In this document: one piece after another, positions 1-8,607 of the stretch | Layout: the number at the start of each line of letters is the position of its first letter | Position numbering within the stretch: the stretch's first letter is position 1 | Assembly: GCA_964412395.1 (NCBI GenBank) | Contig: CAYPOY010000027.1 | Span: forward strand, 1 to 26,141 | Direction: 5' to 3' | DNA from: an uncultured Anaerolineales bacterium | GTDB lineage: Bacteria; Chloroflexota; Anaerolineae; B4-G1 | Length of the DNA stretch: 26,141 nucleotides | The notes under the pieces: model-generated | The model's database searches: none | Told to the model about the DNA's origin: nothing | The model's input: the letters and a program-made list of their open reading frames with translations, nothing else | Program-made: the position numbers and the translations under genes

Positions 1-79
1 ATTTACCTTTGGCTTTCGAGTTCCTCAAAGACTCTCAAATGGATAAAGTCGAGTTAAAGCCCTCACCCCTACCCCCCAA

Positions 80-119
80 CCCCCTTCCCCTCTCCCAACT
101 TTGGGAGAGGGGAAGGGGG
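80..119 (-). terminator. Perfect 19-bp inverted repeat (cccccttcccctctcccaa / ttgggagaggggaaggggg, 2-nt spacer) within a C-run/G-run tract (61-143). Candidate transcript-end hairpin for the minus-strand gene ending at 144, or a protein-binding palindrome.
   Basis: Read directly: positions 80-98 are the exact reverse complement of 101-119. The element lies 25 nt downstream of the stop of the 144..809(-) CDS. There is no U-tract after the hairpin, so it is not a canonical intrinsic terminator. G-runs (gggg/ggggg x5) follow on the + strand. Confidence 0.35.
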
Positions 120-143
120 CGAAGGGGGAGGGGGTGAGGGCCT

Positions 144-809
144 TCAAGGCAGCATCAACACCAGAACCAGCGCTGAGACGGCTGGGACGGTCAGGTTATC
201 AACGCCCCACGGTGAGATCGCCTCGATGACCGTTGCGCCAAGTGCGGTCACGGCTGCGGCGCTCACCGCTGCGGCCGGGTCCAAGGGCGCTGGGGCCAGC
301 AGCATCAGCGGCACGAGCGTCGCTGCCCAACTGGTGAGGAACATCACCAGCGATCCCTCCAGCGAGCGGGTGCTTCCGGCGACGGTGTAGCGCCGCTTCC
401 CGATGCGCCGTCCCACCACGGCGGCCAGCGCGTCTCCCCACGTCATCGGCATCAGGCTCGCCACCAGCAGGTGCGGGCGGTCCCACAGCAGCCAGATGAG
501 CACCACAAACGACATAGGGAAGTAGATGGTGCCCAACTGCCCTTTTTCTCCGGTCTCCATCGCCTTGAATGTTCCGCGCCAGTAGGAGAGGGCGTTGATG
601 GCGATGAAGGCTGCCGGGGGAATCAGCGCGAAGGTGCGGTGCTCGAACAGCAGCACCGTCCCGTAGGCCCACATGCCGACCGCGATGTGGATAAACTTGC
701 GCGTGAACTCGACCGAGTAGCCGCGCCACCTGCGCAGCCCCTCGGCGATGCCGATTGCGGCGAAGACGTAGACGAAGGAGGTGAGGAGGGCGATGGTGTC
801 TTGTGACAT
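144..809 (-). CDS. Integral membrane protein of the CTP-transferase / CdsA-dolichol-kinase-phytol-kinase family (phosphatidate cytidylyltransferase-like)
   Basis: 221-aa hydrophobic multi-TM ORF. The C-terminal motif 'WGDALAAVVGRRIGKRRY...TRSLEGSLVMF' matches the CTP_transf_1 signature (GD..A...G...GK.K ... K/R-S/T-x-EG). A strong SD (GGAGGTGA) sits 7 nt upstream of the ATG at 809. Confidence 0.65.
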   Translation of the reverse strand: MSQDTIALLTSFVYVFAAIGIAEGLRRWRGYSVEFTRKFIHIAVGMWAYGTVLLFEHRTFALIPPAAFIAINALSYWRGTFKAMETGEKGQLGTIYFPMSFVVLIWLLWDRPHLLVASLMPMTWGDALAAVVGRRIGKRRYTVAGSTRSLEGSLVMFLTSWAATLVPLMLLAPAPLDPAAAVSAAAVTALGATVIEAISPWGVDNLTVPAVSALVLVLMLP

Positions 810-902
810 GTCAGATCACCTCCGAGATAGAGAATGTTCAGCGATGAGGGCGCTCGTTAGCTCTGGGCAAGCAAGTAACGACAGGGGCTGCAAGCCTTCC
901 GC

Positions 903-3368
903 TCAGCCAGGGGATATGACCACCCGAAACCCGAGATCATCTCCACAGTTGTCCGGAACCACCCCGAAGCGGATTGCGGATCGAACGCATCCAATTACAA
1001 AGGAAAACGATCCTCCACGCATTACCCGGAGGCCCTCAGCGTCCGAATCTTTCCGATCCTTCCCAGGATCGTAAGGATACTTCCTGTACAAGCTCCGCGT
1101 CCACTCCCACACGTTCCCACTGAGATCCTCCACTCCATATGGACTTGCGCCATCTGGGAAACATCCTACCGCGCTTGTCGTACGAAGTCCTGTATCTGCG
1201 CAGTTTGCGCGCGCCGGGTCGGGCATATCTCCCCACGGATAGGGCGGTGGTGGCTCGTTTTTGGGATCATCCAAGAACTCCAAGCCGCCTCGCGCGGTTT
1301 TCTCCCACTCTGCCTCCGAAGGCAGTATCACTACCCAACCCTCTTCACGTAACAGGTGCGCTAGCGGTTCCGGTGTCCCCTCCCACCGACGCAAACGTTC
1401 TGTAAGCCAACGGCAGTACGCCATCGCATCGTGCCAAGTGACCCATACCGCTGGGTGGTTGTCCAGGCCCCGAAGGCTGTTCTTATCCGTTGGTTTGTAC
1501 CTACTGGCCTCCACGAAGGCCCTGAACTGGGCCACCGTCACCAGGTAGCGGGCAACATAACGAAGACCGAGCCGACCTCTCTTGTGAGGTTTTTCTCGCT
1601 CGTACCAATATCGTTCCCAGCCAAGCCGGTTCAACAAGATGCAGACATCTCTCTGGCTTTTCCGTGTCCCTATCTCGAAGTCTCCCGCTGGGATCTCGAC
1701 AAAGCCTAGCAGCAGTTCTGGCTTTCCTTGATAGACCTTAGGCAAGTAGGAGGCGTCAGGGTCAAAACGTGGATCGCCTATCAGCGCCAGAGTGTTCCCT
1801 GCGCTCGTCCGTTCATTCACGGTGCGGGCGGGGTCGCGTATCAATCGTAGCAACTGATCCCGCAGATTCTGGTGTAGTGGCCCTTTCTGCTCCGGCTCCT
1901 CCCCTTTCAGCCGCTCTATCGCATCCCGTATTCGCGCCCGGTCGCCACTTAACATCTCCGCTAGCAATTCGGCTGGAGCCTCCATAATTGACTCCGAAGC
2001 CCCCATCGCACTAGCCAACCATGTGTAAACAGTGATCTGATCCCGGCTCAATCCCTCAAAACGAGCTCGCTTACACACTTCCTCCCCTTCTTCCGGGAGG
2101 GGGAAGGCTAGCATCCTTTCTAGCAAGGTGTAGCGGCGCTGGTCAGTCAAATATGGGCTAATCAAGTCACTCACCACTACCTCGCCCTCCACTCTCACCA
2201 GAGGTGGGGCAAGCGGGCGTCGGTCCCCTAGAGACTTTTCCTCGGTTATGACTCGGCGAGTGTACTCCGCCTCCAGTATCTGCACAAGCGTGGGGTACTG
2301 CCGCCAATCTTGATAGAGCTCGGGCCACTGAGTCTGGATGAGGACCGTCTTGGCCAACAGCGGCCAGGCAATACTATTGGGACGTAATCCACCCTCCGAC
2401 TCTGGCCGCTTCTCTCGCTCCAGAACAATCCCCTTCAGCAGGCGGAAGACGCTCAGCGCCTGCCTCACCTGTCGAGGGTCAGGGTAGAGGCCACGGGCGA
2501 AGACTGTCCGCGTCATCTTGCCCAGGCGATCATCGGCATGCTTTCCCTTCTCCACGGTCAGGATGTATTTGTCCAGATCCTCTACCGCCAGGGAAGGCAG
2601 TTGGAGAGAAATCTGCACAGCCTTCTGCAAGTAGGGATCCCCCTGCATGGCTGATTCCGTCTGCTCGGCTCCCTTCTCCTGGAAGGAGGCTCCATAGCGG
2701 GCCTCGACCCCTTGCTGGATCACTTCTCGGTCCATCCCCAGCACAAAGACCGTACCCGATACTCCCAGAAACAATCTAATCGCCTCTAGCATCTCCATCG
2801 CCTTCCCCGGCAGGCACAGGTCTAGACCATCTACGAAGATGATCAGTCGGCCATTCTCCTTCAGGCGCAACCGCAAGATTTCTTGGAACGCGGCCTTAAA
2901 TTGCTCCATCTTGGTTGGCTGCTCCAGCGCACAAAGGCTCAAGGCCAGGCGGTCCAGGTGGTCTACTTGTTCCTTCCGTCGCTCATCTAGGTCCTCGATG
3001 GGGACACGCATCCGCCTCTCTCTGGCGTCCTCGCTCTTTTCACGAGGGTAGAGAGAGTCGAGAACCCGGAGGGTGAAGGTCCGCCAAAGGTACTCGTGAC
3101 ACTCATACTTCCAGGCAGTAAACCAGACGGTGAGGACGGAGTGACGACTCTCGTCGTCTATCTCATCATTCTTGTCTACCTCTTCCTTGAGCATCCGCAG
3201 TAGGATTGTCTTACCGCTCTCCCAGGGACCGAAAACCCCCACTGTCAGCGGGGTCTCAGTCTTCATCAGGATACGCAGCAGGGCCGGGCAGAAGTCGGAG
3301 AAGCCCAAGTTGTCCCGCGGGTCCCAACAGTCCGGCCGGTAGCCAGCGTGCCTTGAGGCATCTCCCAT
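903..3368 (-). CDS. KAP-family P-loop NTPase fused to a C-terminal formylglycine-generating-enzyme (FGE/SUMF1-sulfatase-modifying) domain
   Basis: 821 aa. Walker A 'VGVFGPWESGKT'. KAP-type Walker B 'LIIFVDGLDLCLPGKAMEMLEAIRLFL' (the hhhhDDLDRC-type motif of KAP NTPases). C-terminal FGE hallmarks: 'YLVTVAQFRAFVEAS', 'HPAVWVTWHDAMAYCRWL', 'LPSEAEWEKTARGG', 'SPYGVEDLSGNVWEWT', 'RVMRGGSFS', 'LGFRVV'. SD-like 'GGAAGTGA' upstream of the start. Confidence 0.85.
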   Translation of the reverse strand: MGDASRHAGYRPDCWDPRDNLGFSDFCPALLRILMKTETPLTVGVFGPWESGKTILLRMLKEEVDKNDEIDDESRHSVLTVWFTAWKYECHEYLWRTFTLRVLDSLYPREKSEDARERRMRVPIEDLDERRKEQVDHLDRLALSLCALEQPTKMEQFKAAFQEILRLRLKENGRLIIFVDGLDLCLPGKAMEMLEAIRLFLGVSGTVFVLGMDREVIQQGVEARYGASFQEKGAEQTESAMQGDPYLQKAVQISLQLPSLAVEDLDKYILTVEKGKHADDRLGKMTRTVFARGLYPDPRQVRQALSVFRLLKGIVLEREKRPESEGGLRPNSIAWPLLAKTVLIQTQWPELYQDWRQYPTLVQILEAEYTRRVITEEKSLGDRRPLAPPLVRVEGEVVVSDLISPYLTDQRRYTLLERMLAFPLPEEGEEVCKRARFEGLSRDQITVYTWLASAMGASESIMEAPAELLAEMLSGDRARIRDAIERLKGEEPEQKGPLHQNLRDQLLRLIRDPARTVNERTSAGNTLALIGDPRFDPDASYLPKVYQGKPELLLGFVEIPAGDFEIGTRKSQRDVCILLNRLGWERYWYEREKPHKRGRLGLRYVARYLVTVAQFRAFVEASRYKPTDKNSLRGLDNHPAVWVTWHDAMAYCRWLTERLRRWEGTPEPLAHLLREEGWVVILPSEAEWEKTARGGLEFLDDPKNEPPPPYPWGDMPDPARANCADTGLRTTSAVGCFPDGASPYGVEDLSGNVWEWTRSLYRKYPYDPGKDRKDSDAEGLRVMRGGSFSFVIGCVRSAIRFGVVPDNCGDDLGFRVVISPG

Positions 3369-3484
3369 GCTTTCACTTCCTATTCACACAGGACGTAGTT
3401 TTATCCAGCTTGTCGCCCCCATGCATCATTGTTGCATCTCTTCCCTTACGGCACCCAGAACCTCAGAGGCAAGATTTCCAGAGA

Positions 3485-6070
3485 TCAAAGACGGACGAGA
3501 GCCGCTACCAGGCGGAAGCCCCGGCGCCAGTTGACACTACCAGGGACGTCCCCACTCCGGGCAGCGCAGCGGACACGCCCACGACTGCTGCTGAAGGAGC
3601 CGCCACGCACAACCCAACTCCCCACTGCTTCCAGGTCTTCCCGGCCGTCTCCCGGAGCATAGGGATATGCCTTGAGTAGGCTTCGCGTCCACTCCCACAC
3701 ATTCCCGTTTAGGTCCTCAACGCCGTACGTGCTCACACCTCTCGGAAAGCACCCTACCGTGCTCGTAGTCCCGATGGCCGTATCGCTGTAATTAGCTTGC
3801 TCCGAGTCTGGCTCATCTCCCCACGGAACAGTACGCCCGTCCGTTCCGCGCGCTGCCTTCTCCCATTCCGCCTCTGAGGGAAGCGTGATCAGCCACCTTC
3901 GTTCCCGCAGCAGCATCGCTAGCGGTTCCGGCATCCTCTCCCACCCCCGGAATATCTCCGTCAGCCACTCGCAGTACTTCAGCGCCTCGTACCAACTCAC
4001 TCGCACCACCGGGTGATTATCCAAGCCCCGGAGGCTGCCTTCATCTTCAGGTTGATGCCCGCTCGCCTCCACGAAGGCCCTGAACTGGGCCACCGTCACC
4101 GGGTAGCGGGCGATGTAGTAGGGCGGCAGGATGACCTCGTGCTGGGGGACTTCCCGCTCGTACCATTCCTGCTCTCCACCGAAGCGCTCTAACAGCCCCG
4201 GGATTTCTTCCTCCCGCGTGCCCATCAGGAACGGCCCCTCCGGCACCTCTATGAAGCCCAAAAGCGGCTCGTCGGGGAGGTGCCAGGCATCGGGCCGGAA
4301 GCGGGGGTCGCCCAACAAGGCCAGGGCATCTCCCGTGCTCACCCGCTGCCACGCGGGGCGGGCGGGCTCACGCACCACCTCCAAAAGCCGCTTCCGTAAG
4401 GCCCGGTGCAGGGGCCCCTCCCGCTCCGGCTCCTGCTCTGCCAGCCGCGCAGCCGCCTCCTGCACCTGCGCCCGGTCGCCGCTGAGCATCTCTGCCAAGA
4501 GATCAGCCGGAGCCTTCAGGAATGGCTCTGGTGCCTCCACAGCGCCGGCCAGCCGCATGTAGATGGCCATCTCCTCCCGGCTCAACCCCTCAAAGCGCGC
4601 CCGCTCTCGCCCCCGCCCGGTCTTCTCCGGTTCTGGGAAGGTCATCGTCCGCTCTAGAAGAGCATACCTACGACGGTCGCGCAGGTACGGCGTCAGCAGG
4701 CCACCCTCCGAGGCTTCCTCTCCCTCACCACCCTTACTCCGCGGCAGCACAAGTCGACCCCACAGGGCGTCCTCCTCCGTGGCGGGCTCACGTGCGTATG
4801 CTTCCTCAAGTGTCTGCACCAGTGTGTGGTAATGTCGCCATTTGTCGTAGAGTTTGGGCCACTGGGTCTGGATGAGCACCGTCTTGGCCAACAGCGGCCA
4901 AGCCACACTTTCCTTCGGCAGCCCGCCTCGCTCCTCCCGCGCCAGCGCGATCTCCCGCAGCAGGCGGAAGATATTCAGCGCCCGCTTCACCTGACGGGGA
5001 TTGGGGAAGAGCCCGTTGGCGAAGACCGCCCGCGTCATCTCACTCAGGCGGGCATCGGCGCGCACGTCCCTCTCCAGCGCTAGGATGTACTCCTCCAGGT
5101 CTTCCACCGCCAGCGGTGGCAGGTGGAAAGGAATCTGCACGATCTTCTGCAGGTAGTCGGCCCCGCTGATGACTGGCAGTTGGCGCGCTTCCTCCGCCTC
5201 GACTCCCAGCGTCCGTTGCAGTTCCCGGTACTTGACCTGGATGCCCCGCTCGATCACCCCCCGGTCCACGCCGATGACGAAGACGCAGCCCTCTACGTCG
5301 AGGAAGAGTTTGATCGCCTCCAACACTTCCACTGCCTTCTCCGGCAGGCAGCGGTCCAGGTCGTCCACGAAGACGACCAGCCGCCCCTCATCTCCCAGGA
5401 TCAACCTCAGGGCCTCTTGGAACGTAGCCTCGAACTGCTCCATCGAGGCCAGTTGCTCCCGGTGGTAGGCGTGGACCTCGCGGCTGAGCACATCTGCCCC
5501 TTGCTCGCCATTCAGCACCCTCGCCAGCGCATCCTTGAAGAACGCAGCGCCAGGTATGAGCGCAGCGGCGATCTCAGCGGCAGCCTGACCTCCCGCCTGA
5601 GCTGCTTGCCACCAGTTCACCGTCCACCGGCCCAGTTCCTCCCAGTCCACTGGTTGGTAGACGCTCTCCTCCAGCCGCTGGAGTATATCTACCTGCCGCT
5701 TCTGCTCTCCCTGAGGGTCCGGCAGACGGGGGTGCTCCTCCCACGAGCCTTCGCCGGGCTCACGAGGGTAAAGGGCATCCAGCACGCGGAGGATGAAGGC
5801 CCGCCAGAGAGCCTCGTGGCGGTCGTATTTCCAGGCGGTGAACCAGACGGGGCGGACGAAGCGTAGACTTTCGCGCTCTATGTCACCCTTGAGCATCCGC
5901 AGGAGGCTGGTCTTGCCGCTGCCCCAGGGGCCAAAGACCCCTATCGTCAGCGGGGTCTGGGCCTTCATTAGGATATTCAGCAGTGCTGGGCGGAAGTCGG
6001 AGAACCGCAGGTCGTCCCGCAGGGTCCAGTAGTCCGTTAGGTAAGCAGTGCGCTTCGTGACATCTCTCAT
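3485..6070 (-). CDS. KAP-family P-loop NTPase - FGE-domain fusion, tandem paralog of 903..3368. The ORF-track start at 6121 is probably 17 codons too long.
   Basis: Walker A 'IGVFGPWGSGKT'. KAP Walker B 'VVFVDDLDRCLPEKAVEVLEAIKLFL'. FGE motifs 'YPVTVAQFRAFVEASG', 'HPVVRVSWYEALKYCEWL', 'LPSEAEWEKAARG', 'STYGVEDLNGNVWEWT', 'VVRGGSFSS', 'RGFRLV'. The ATG at 6070 is preceded by a strong SD 'TAGGAGGTGG' at 6-7 nt. The ATG at 6121 has only a weak 'GGTGG'. Alignment with the paralog's N-terminus ('YRPDCWDPRDNLGFSDFCPAL' vs 'YLTDYWTLRDDLRFSDFRPAL') supports the shorter start. Confidence 0.85.
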   Translation of the reverse strand: MRDVTKRTAYLTDYWTLRDDLRFSDFRPALLNILMKAQTPLTIGVFGPWGSGKTSLLRMLKGDIERESLRFVRPVWFTAWKYDRHEALWRAFILRVLDALYPREPGEGSWEEHPRLPDPQGEQKRQVDILQRLEESVYQPVDWEELGRWTVNWWQAAQAGGQAAAEIAAALIPGAAFFKDALARVLNGEQGADVLSREVHAYHREQLASMEQFEATFQEALRLILGDEGRLVVFVDDLDRCLPEKAVEVLEAIKLFLDVEGCVFVIGVDRGVIERGIQVKYRELQRTLGVEAEEARQLPVISGADYLQKIVQIPFHLPPLAVEDLEEYILALERDVRADARLSEMTRAVFANGLFPNPRQVKRALNIFRLLREIALAREERGGLPKESVAWPLLAKTVLIQTQWPKLYDKWRHYHTLVQTLEEAYAREPATEEDALWGRLVLPRSKGGEGEEASEGGLLTPYLRDRRRYALLERTMTFPEPEKTGRGRERARFEGLSREEMAIYMRLAGAVEAPEPFLKAPADLLAEMLSGDRAQVQEAAARLAEQEPEREGPLHRALRKRLLEVVREPARPAWQRVSTGDALALLGDPRFRPDAWHLPDEPLLGFIEVPEGPFLMGTREEEIPGLLERFGGEQEWYEREVPQHEVILPPYYIARYPVTVAQFRAFVEASGHQPEDEGSLRGLDNHPVVRVSWYEALKYCEWLTEIFRGWERMPEPLAMLLRERRWLITLPSEAEWEKAARGTDGRTVPWGDEPDSEQANYSDTAIGTTSTVGCFPRGVSTYGVEDLNGNVWEWTRSLLKAYPYAPGDGREDLEAVGSWVVRGGSFSSSRGRVRCAARSGDVPGSVNWRRGFRLVAALVRL

Positions 6071-6218
6071 CGCCCCACCTCCTAAATCCAGTACCGTTCG
6101 GTTAAGCGGTTCCATTTCCATCGTAGATGGTGGTAGAATACCACCAGACCGACGGAAAGGAGCCGTGCGATGGGAGTTACCTTAGAGAAGATGGTTGTTG
6201 ACACTGGCAATCTTGGCC

Positions 6219-7202
6219 CTACACTGGCTTCAGCAGCGCGGTGATGTATCCGACCTGGAAATCCTTGTCGATGTCCTCACCACCGATCACTGTAGCATCG
6301 GATCGGATGAAGTTGATTTTGCCATCGGCACCACGCTTGAAATGACCAAATTCCGGTCCGCCGAGCGTCTCCAGCACGCCGGGGCCCTCTTTATCGGCCT
6401 CCTTCCCCCGACCCACCAGCGCATAGTCCCCCTTGCTGGCGCCCAGAGTCCCACGTGCTTCATCGGGAATCTCCAGGGCATAGTACTTGACACCAGGATC
6501 CAAGAAGATGCGTCGGGTCCCCTTCAGAGGCTGCATACGGAACGACTTCCCGTTGACTATCAGCCGGCGCTCTACCCTGTACCTATCAATCTCTAGTTCC
6601 GCTATAGCGAATCCGGGCTCTTCACCCTCTGATAAGACGATGGGCACCCAGATGCCAGTGGCGAGGCTCGTATCCGTGCGGGTCCGGATGGCGGTCAGGT
6701 ATTCGCTCAGCGTCTCCATCCAGCGTCGAACGCGGGTGCAGGTCTCTACCTGGGCCAGGGCATTGACGGTGGTCCAGTCATCCTTGACCCTCTCAAACAG
6801 CTCACCCGACGCCTGGTACCACTTCAGCGCGTCCATTTCGCTGCCGAGCAACTGATGCACCAGTCCGAGAGCGTAGGCAGCCACCGCCTCATTGTGGCGC
6901 TGATAGTGGGACGGTTGACGCTGGAAGAAGCGGTAGGCTTTTTGGCAGTCGGCCAACGCCGGGCCTAGTTTGCCCATATCCCGGTGCACGTCCGCCAGGT
7001 GGATTAGAGCCACCGCCTGACTGACGTTGGCGCCTGGTTCCTGGCTGGCCTGCATAGCATCCAGCACACAGCGCTCGGCCTCCGGCAATCTGCCTTCCCT
7101 GCGCAGCGAGCGGGAGCCTCGCAATAGTTCGTCAATGGATTGCGATAGTTCCTCGCAGCAAAGCAGTTCGGACGGAGTTAGTTGTGGTGGCAAGTTGATC
7201 AT
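6219..7202 (-). CDS. Two-domain protein: N-terminal TPR-like helical repeats plus a C-terminal beta-rich domain of uncertain family (possibly an S24/LexA-like fold)
   Basis: 327 aa. The N-terminal ~170 aa have a helical TPR-like pattern ('AVALIHLADVHRDMGKLGPALADCQKAYRFF', 'AVAAYALGLVHQLLGSEMDALKWYQASGELF'). The C-terminal ~150 aa are Gly/Lys-rich beta-type sequence ('IWVPIVLSEGEEPGF...GASKGDYALVGRGKEAD...GHFKRG'). SD 'GGAGGG' 4 nt upstream of the ATG at 7202. A 24-nt gap to the upstream gene suggests an operon. Confidence 0.6.
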   Translation of the reverse strand: MINLPPQLTPSELLCCEELSQSIDELLRGSRSLRREGRLPEAERCVLDAMQASQEPGANVSQAVALIHLADVHRDMGKLGPALADCQKAYRFFQRQPSHYQRHNEAVAAYALGLVHQLLGSEMDALKWYQASGELFERVKDDWTTVNALAQVETCTRVRRWMETLSEYLTAIRTRTDTSLATGIWVPIVLSEGEEPGFAIAELEIDRYRVERRLIVNGKSFRMQPLKGTRRIFLDPGVKYYALEIPDEARGTLGASKGDYALVGRGKEADKEGPGVLETLGGPEFGHFKRGADGKINFIRSDATVIGGEDIDKDFQVGYITALLKPV

Positions 7203-7226
7203 ACGCCCTCCGGTGGCTCACCGACC

Positions 7227-8582
7227 TTACCTCTGCTCTGCGGGCGTCCCGGCTTCGGCCCCGAGCAGTGCCTGCAGTTGCCTCAACGTCCGCATCGCTT
7301 CGGGCGGCATGAACTCACGAGTGTAGGTGTTGTAGGACATCCAGCGCAGGGCCTCCACGAAGCGCAAGGCCAGGATGTAGGGCTCGATCGCTCCCTGGCT
7401 CACAACCGTGGATTGTAAGGCATCGGTAAGAGTCACCACCATCTCAGCCTGAGCCTGTATCCGGGCCATGTCCATCCGCAAAAGTTCCGCCTCCCCCTCC
7501 ACTCTGCTCGCCAGCGCTCGGGCCTCCCAGTCCGCGTGCCAGGCCTCGACCCATTGCTTGGAGACAATGTCGGAGAGTTGCTGGGCAATTTCCTTGTCCC
7601 TGGCCTTCACCTCGATCGCGCCTATTTCTACGTTGAGAATCTTGGCTCCTACGCTCCTCACCCCGTCTTGCAGTCCCTCTTCTAGCCGCTGGCGAATTTC
7701 TTCCCGTGGATGCTTCTGATCAGGTTGCGGCGGGGCGATCAGCCAATCCAGCCGGTACTCCGCCAGAATGTTGCGTAAGAGCCCCTCTACGGAACCGATT
7801 ACCACTCGCCCGGTCCACGCTATACGGGGGTCTTCACGATCTGGCTCGCGGATCCACTTGCTGGTCGCCGCCCGCAAGACAGCCTCCTCCGTATAGGGGT
7901 ACGGCGCTTCGCTAGTTGGTGTCTTGGTCTGCTCTCGCCCCTCTGCATCCTGGAATCGATCGTCAATCTTGAACAAGATGTCCGCCTCGCAACTGATCGG
8001 AATACCTTCTTTTGTCAGGGCAAACACTTCATATACCCAGTGCTGAGGACGCAGATCAATAATCTCCCAAACTTTCTCAAAGCGCTCCAACTGCGGGAAG
8101 CCGGCACCGAGAACCCGCTTGAGGCGTCCGTACTGCTCGGTGACGATCGCAGTGTCGTTGTAGACGACCAGTGAAGCAGGGCCGCCTATACGCCTGGCAG
8201 GAGTATCCTCCCCAGAGGCAATCTTTCCTTCCTTAACCAGGAGGTAGGGGCCGAACCCGAGTTTGCCGAATACAATACGGTTCAGCGAGTCGTGTGCTTC
8301 CTTGAGATCTTTAGTAGCGTGCAGTTTGTAGAATAGACGCGAAGCTAACAGAGGAACCGCTACCAGTGCGCCCACAACTGGAAGCACTATGCGCACGGAT
8401 GCAAGCGCCAGGGAAAGCATGGCCTGGATGGAGGCCAAGCCAGCCTGGTCGGGCTCAGGTGCGGTTTCAGCGCTGCGCAGCCACACCTCGGCTGCAAGGC
8501 CGAGTGCTACCGCCACCAGCAGGATCACACCCAACGTGAGCAACGTCCGCTTCAGGTTGTCCTTGTACCATTTCAGCGACAC
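7227..8582 (-). CDS. Membrane-anchored SPFH/band-7 (flotillin/HflK-like) domain protein with a C-terminal Glu/Ala-rich coiled coil
   Basis: 451 aa. GTG start at 8582 (reverse complement of 'cac' at 8580-8582) with 'GGAGAT' 8 nt upstream. N-terminal TM helices. SPFH-like core 'LVVYNDTAIVTEQYGRLKRVLGAGFPQLERFEKVWEIIDLRPQHWVYEVFALTKEGIPISCEADILFKI'. C-terminal 'ARALASRVEGEAELLRMDMARIQAQAEMVV' is a flotillin-type EA-rich helix. Clearly paralogous to 8608..10092. Confidence 0.7.
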   Translation of the reverse strand: MSLKWYKDNLKRTLLTLGVILLVAVALGLAAEVWLRSAETAPEPDQAGLASIQAMLSLALASVRIVLPVVGALVAVPLLASRLFYKLHATKDLKEAHDSLNRIVFGKLGFGPYLLVKEGKIASGEDTPARRIGGPASLVVYNDTAIVTEQYGRLKRVLGAGFPQLERFEKVWEIIDLRPQHWVYEVFALTKEGIPISCEADILFKIDDRFQDAEGREQTKTPTSEAPYPYTEEAVLRAATSKWIREPDREDPRIAWTGRVVIGSVEGLLRNILAEYRLDWLIAPPQPDQKHPREEIRQRLEEGLQDGVRSVGAKILNVEIGAIEVKARDKEIAQQLSDIVSKQWVEAWHADWEARALASRVEGEAELLRMDMARIQAQAEMVVTLTDALQSTVVSQGAIEPYILALRFVEALRWMSYNTYTREFMPPEAMRTLRQLQALLGAEAGTPAEQR

Positions 8583-8607
8583 GCCAGTATCTCCATGCCT
8601 CGTTTCG

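Noticed and set aside
199-806. Alternative-frame ORFs (199..729 -, 471..806 +) overlapping the CdsA-like gene
   Set aside because: Arg/Gly/Asp-rich shadow ORFs. The 144..809(-) frame gives a coherent multi-TM protein with a family motif and a strong SD.
5123-5866. 247-aa ORF on the plus strand
   Set aside because: Antisense within KAP-FGE #2 (3485..6070). Low-complexity Leu/Pro/Gln/Asp-rich translation, and no RBS.
903-6070. Reading the FGE domains as bona fide sulfatase-maturating enzymes (housekeeping)
   Set aside because: They are fused to KAP NTPases, duplicated in tandem, and no sulfatase is nearby. The context argues for a sensor or other non-canonical role. Catalytic-residue retention could not be verified by eye.
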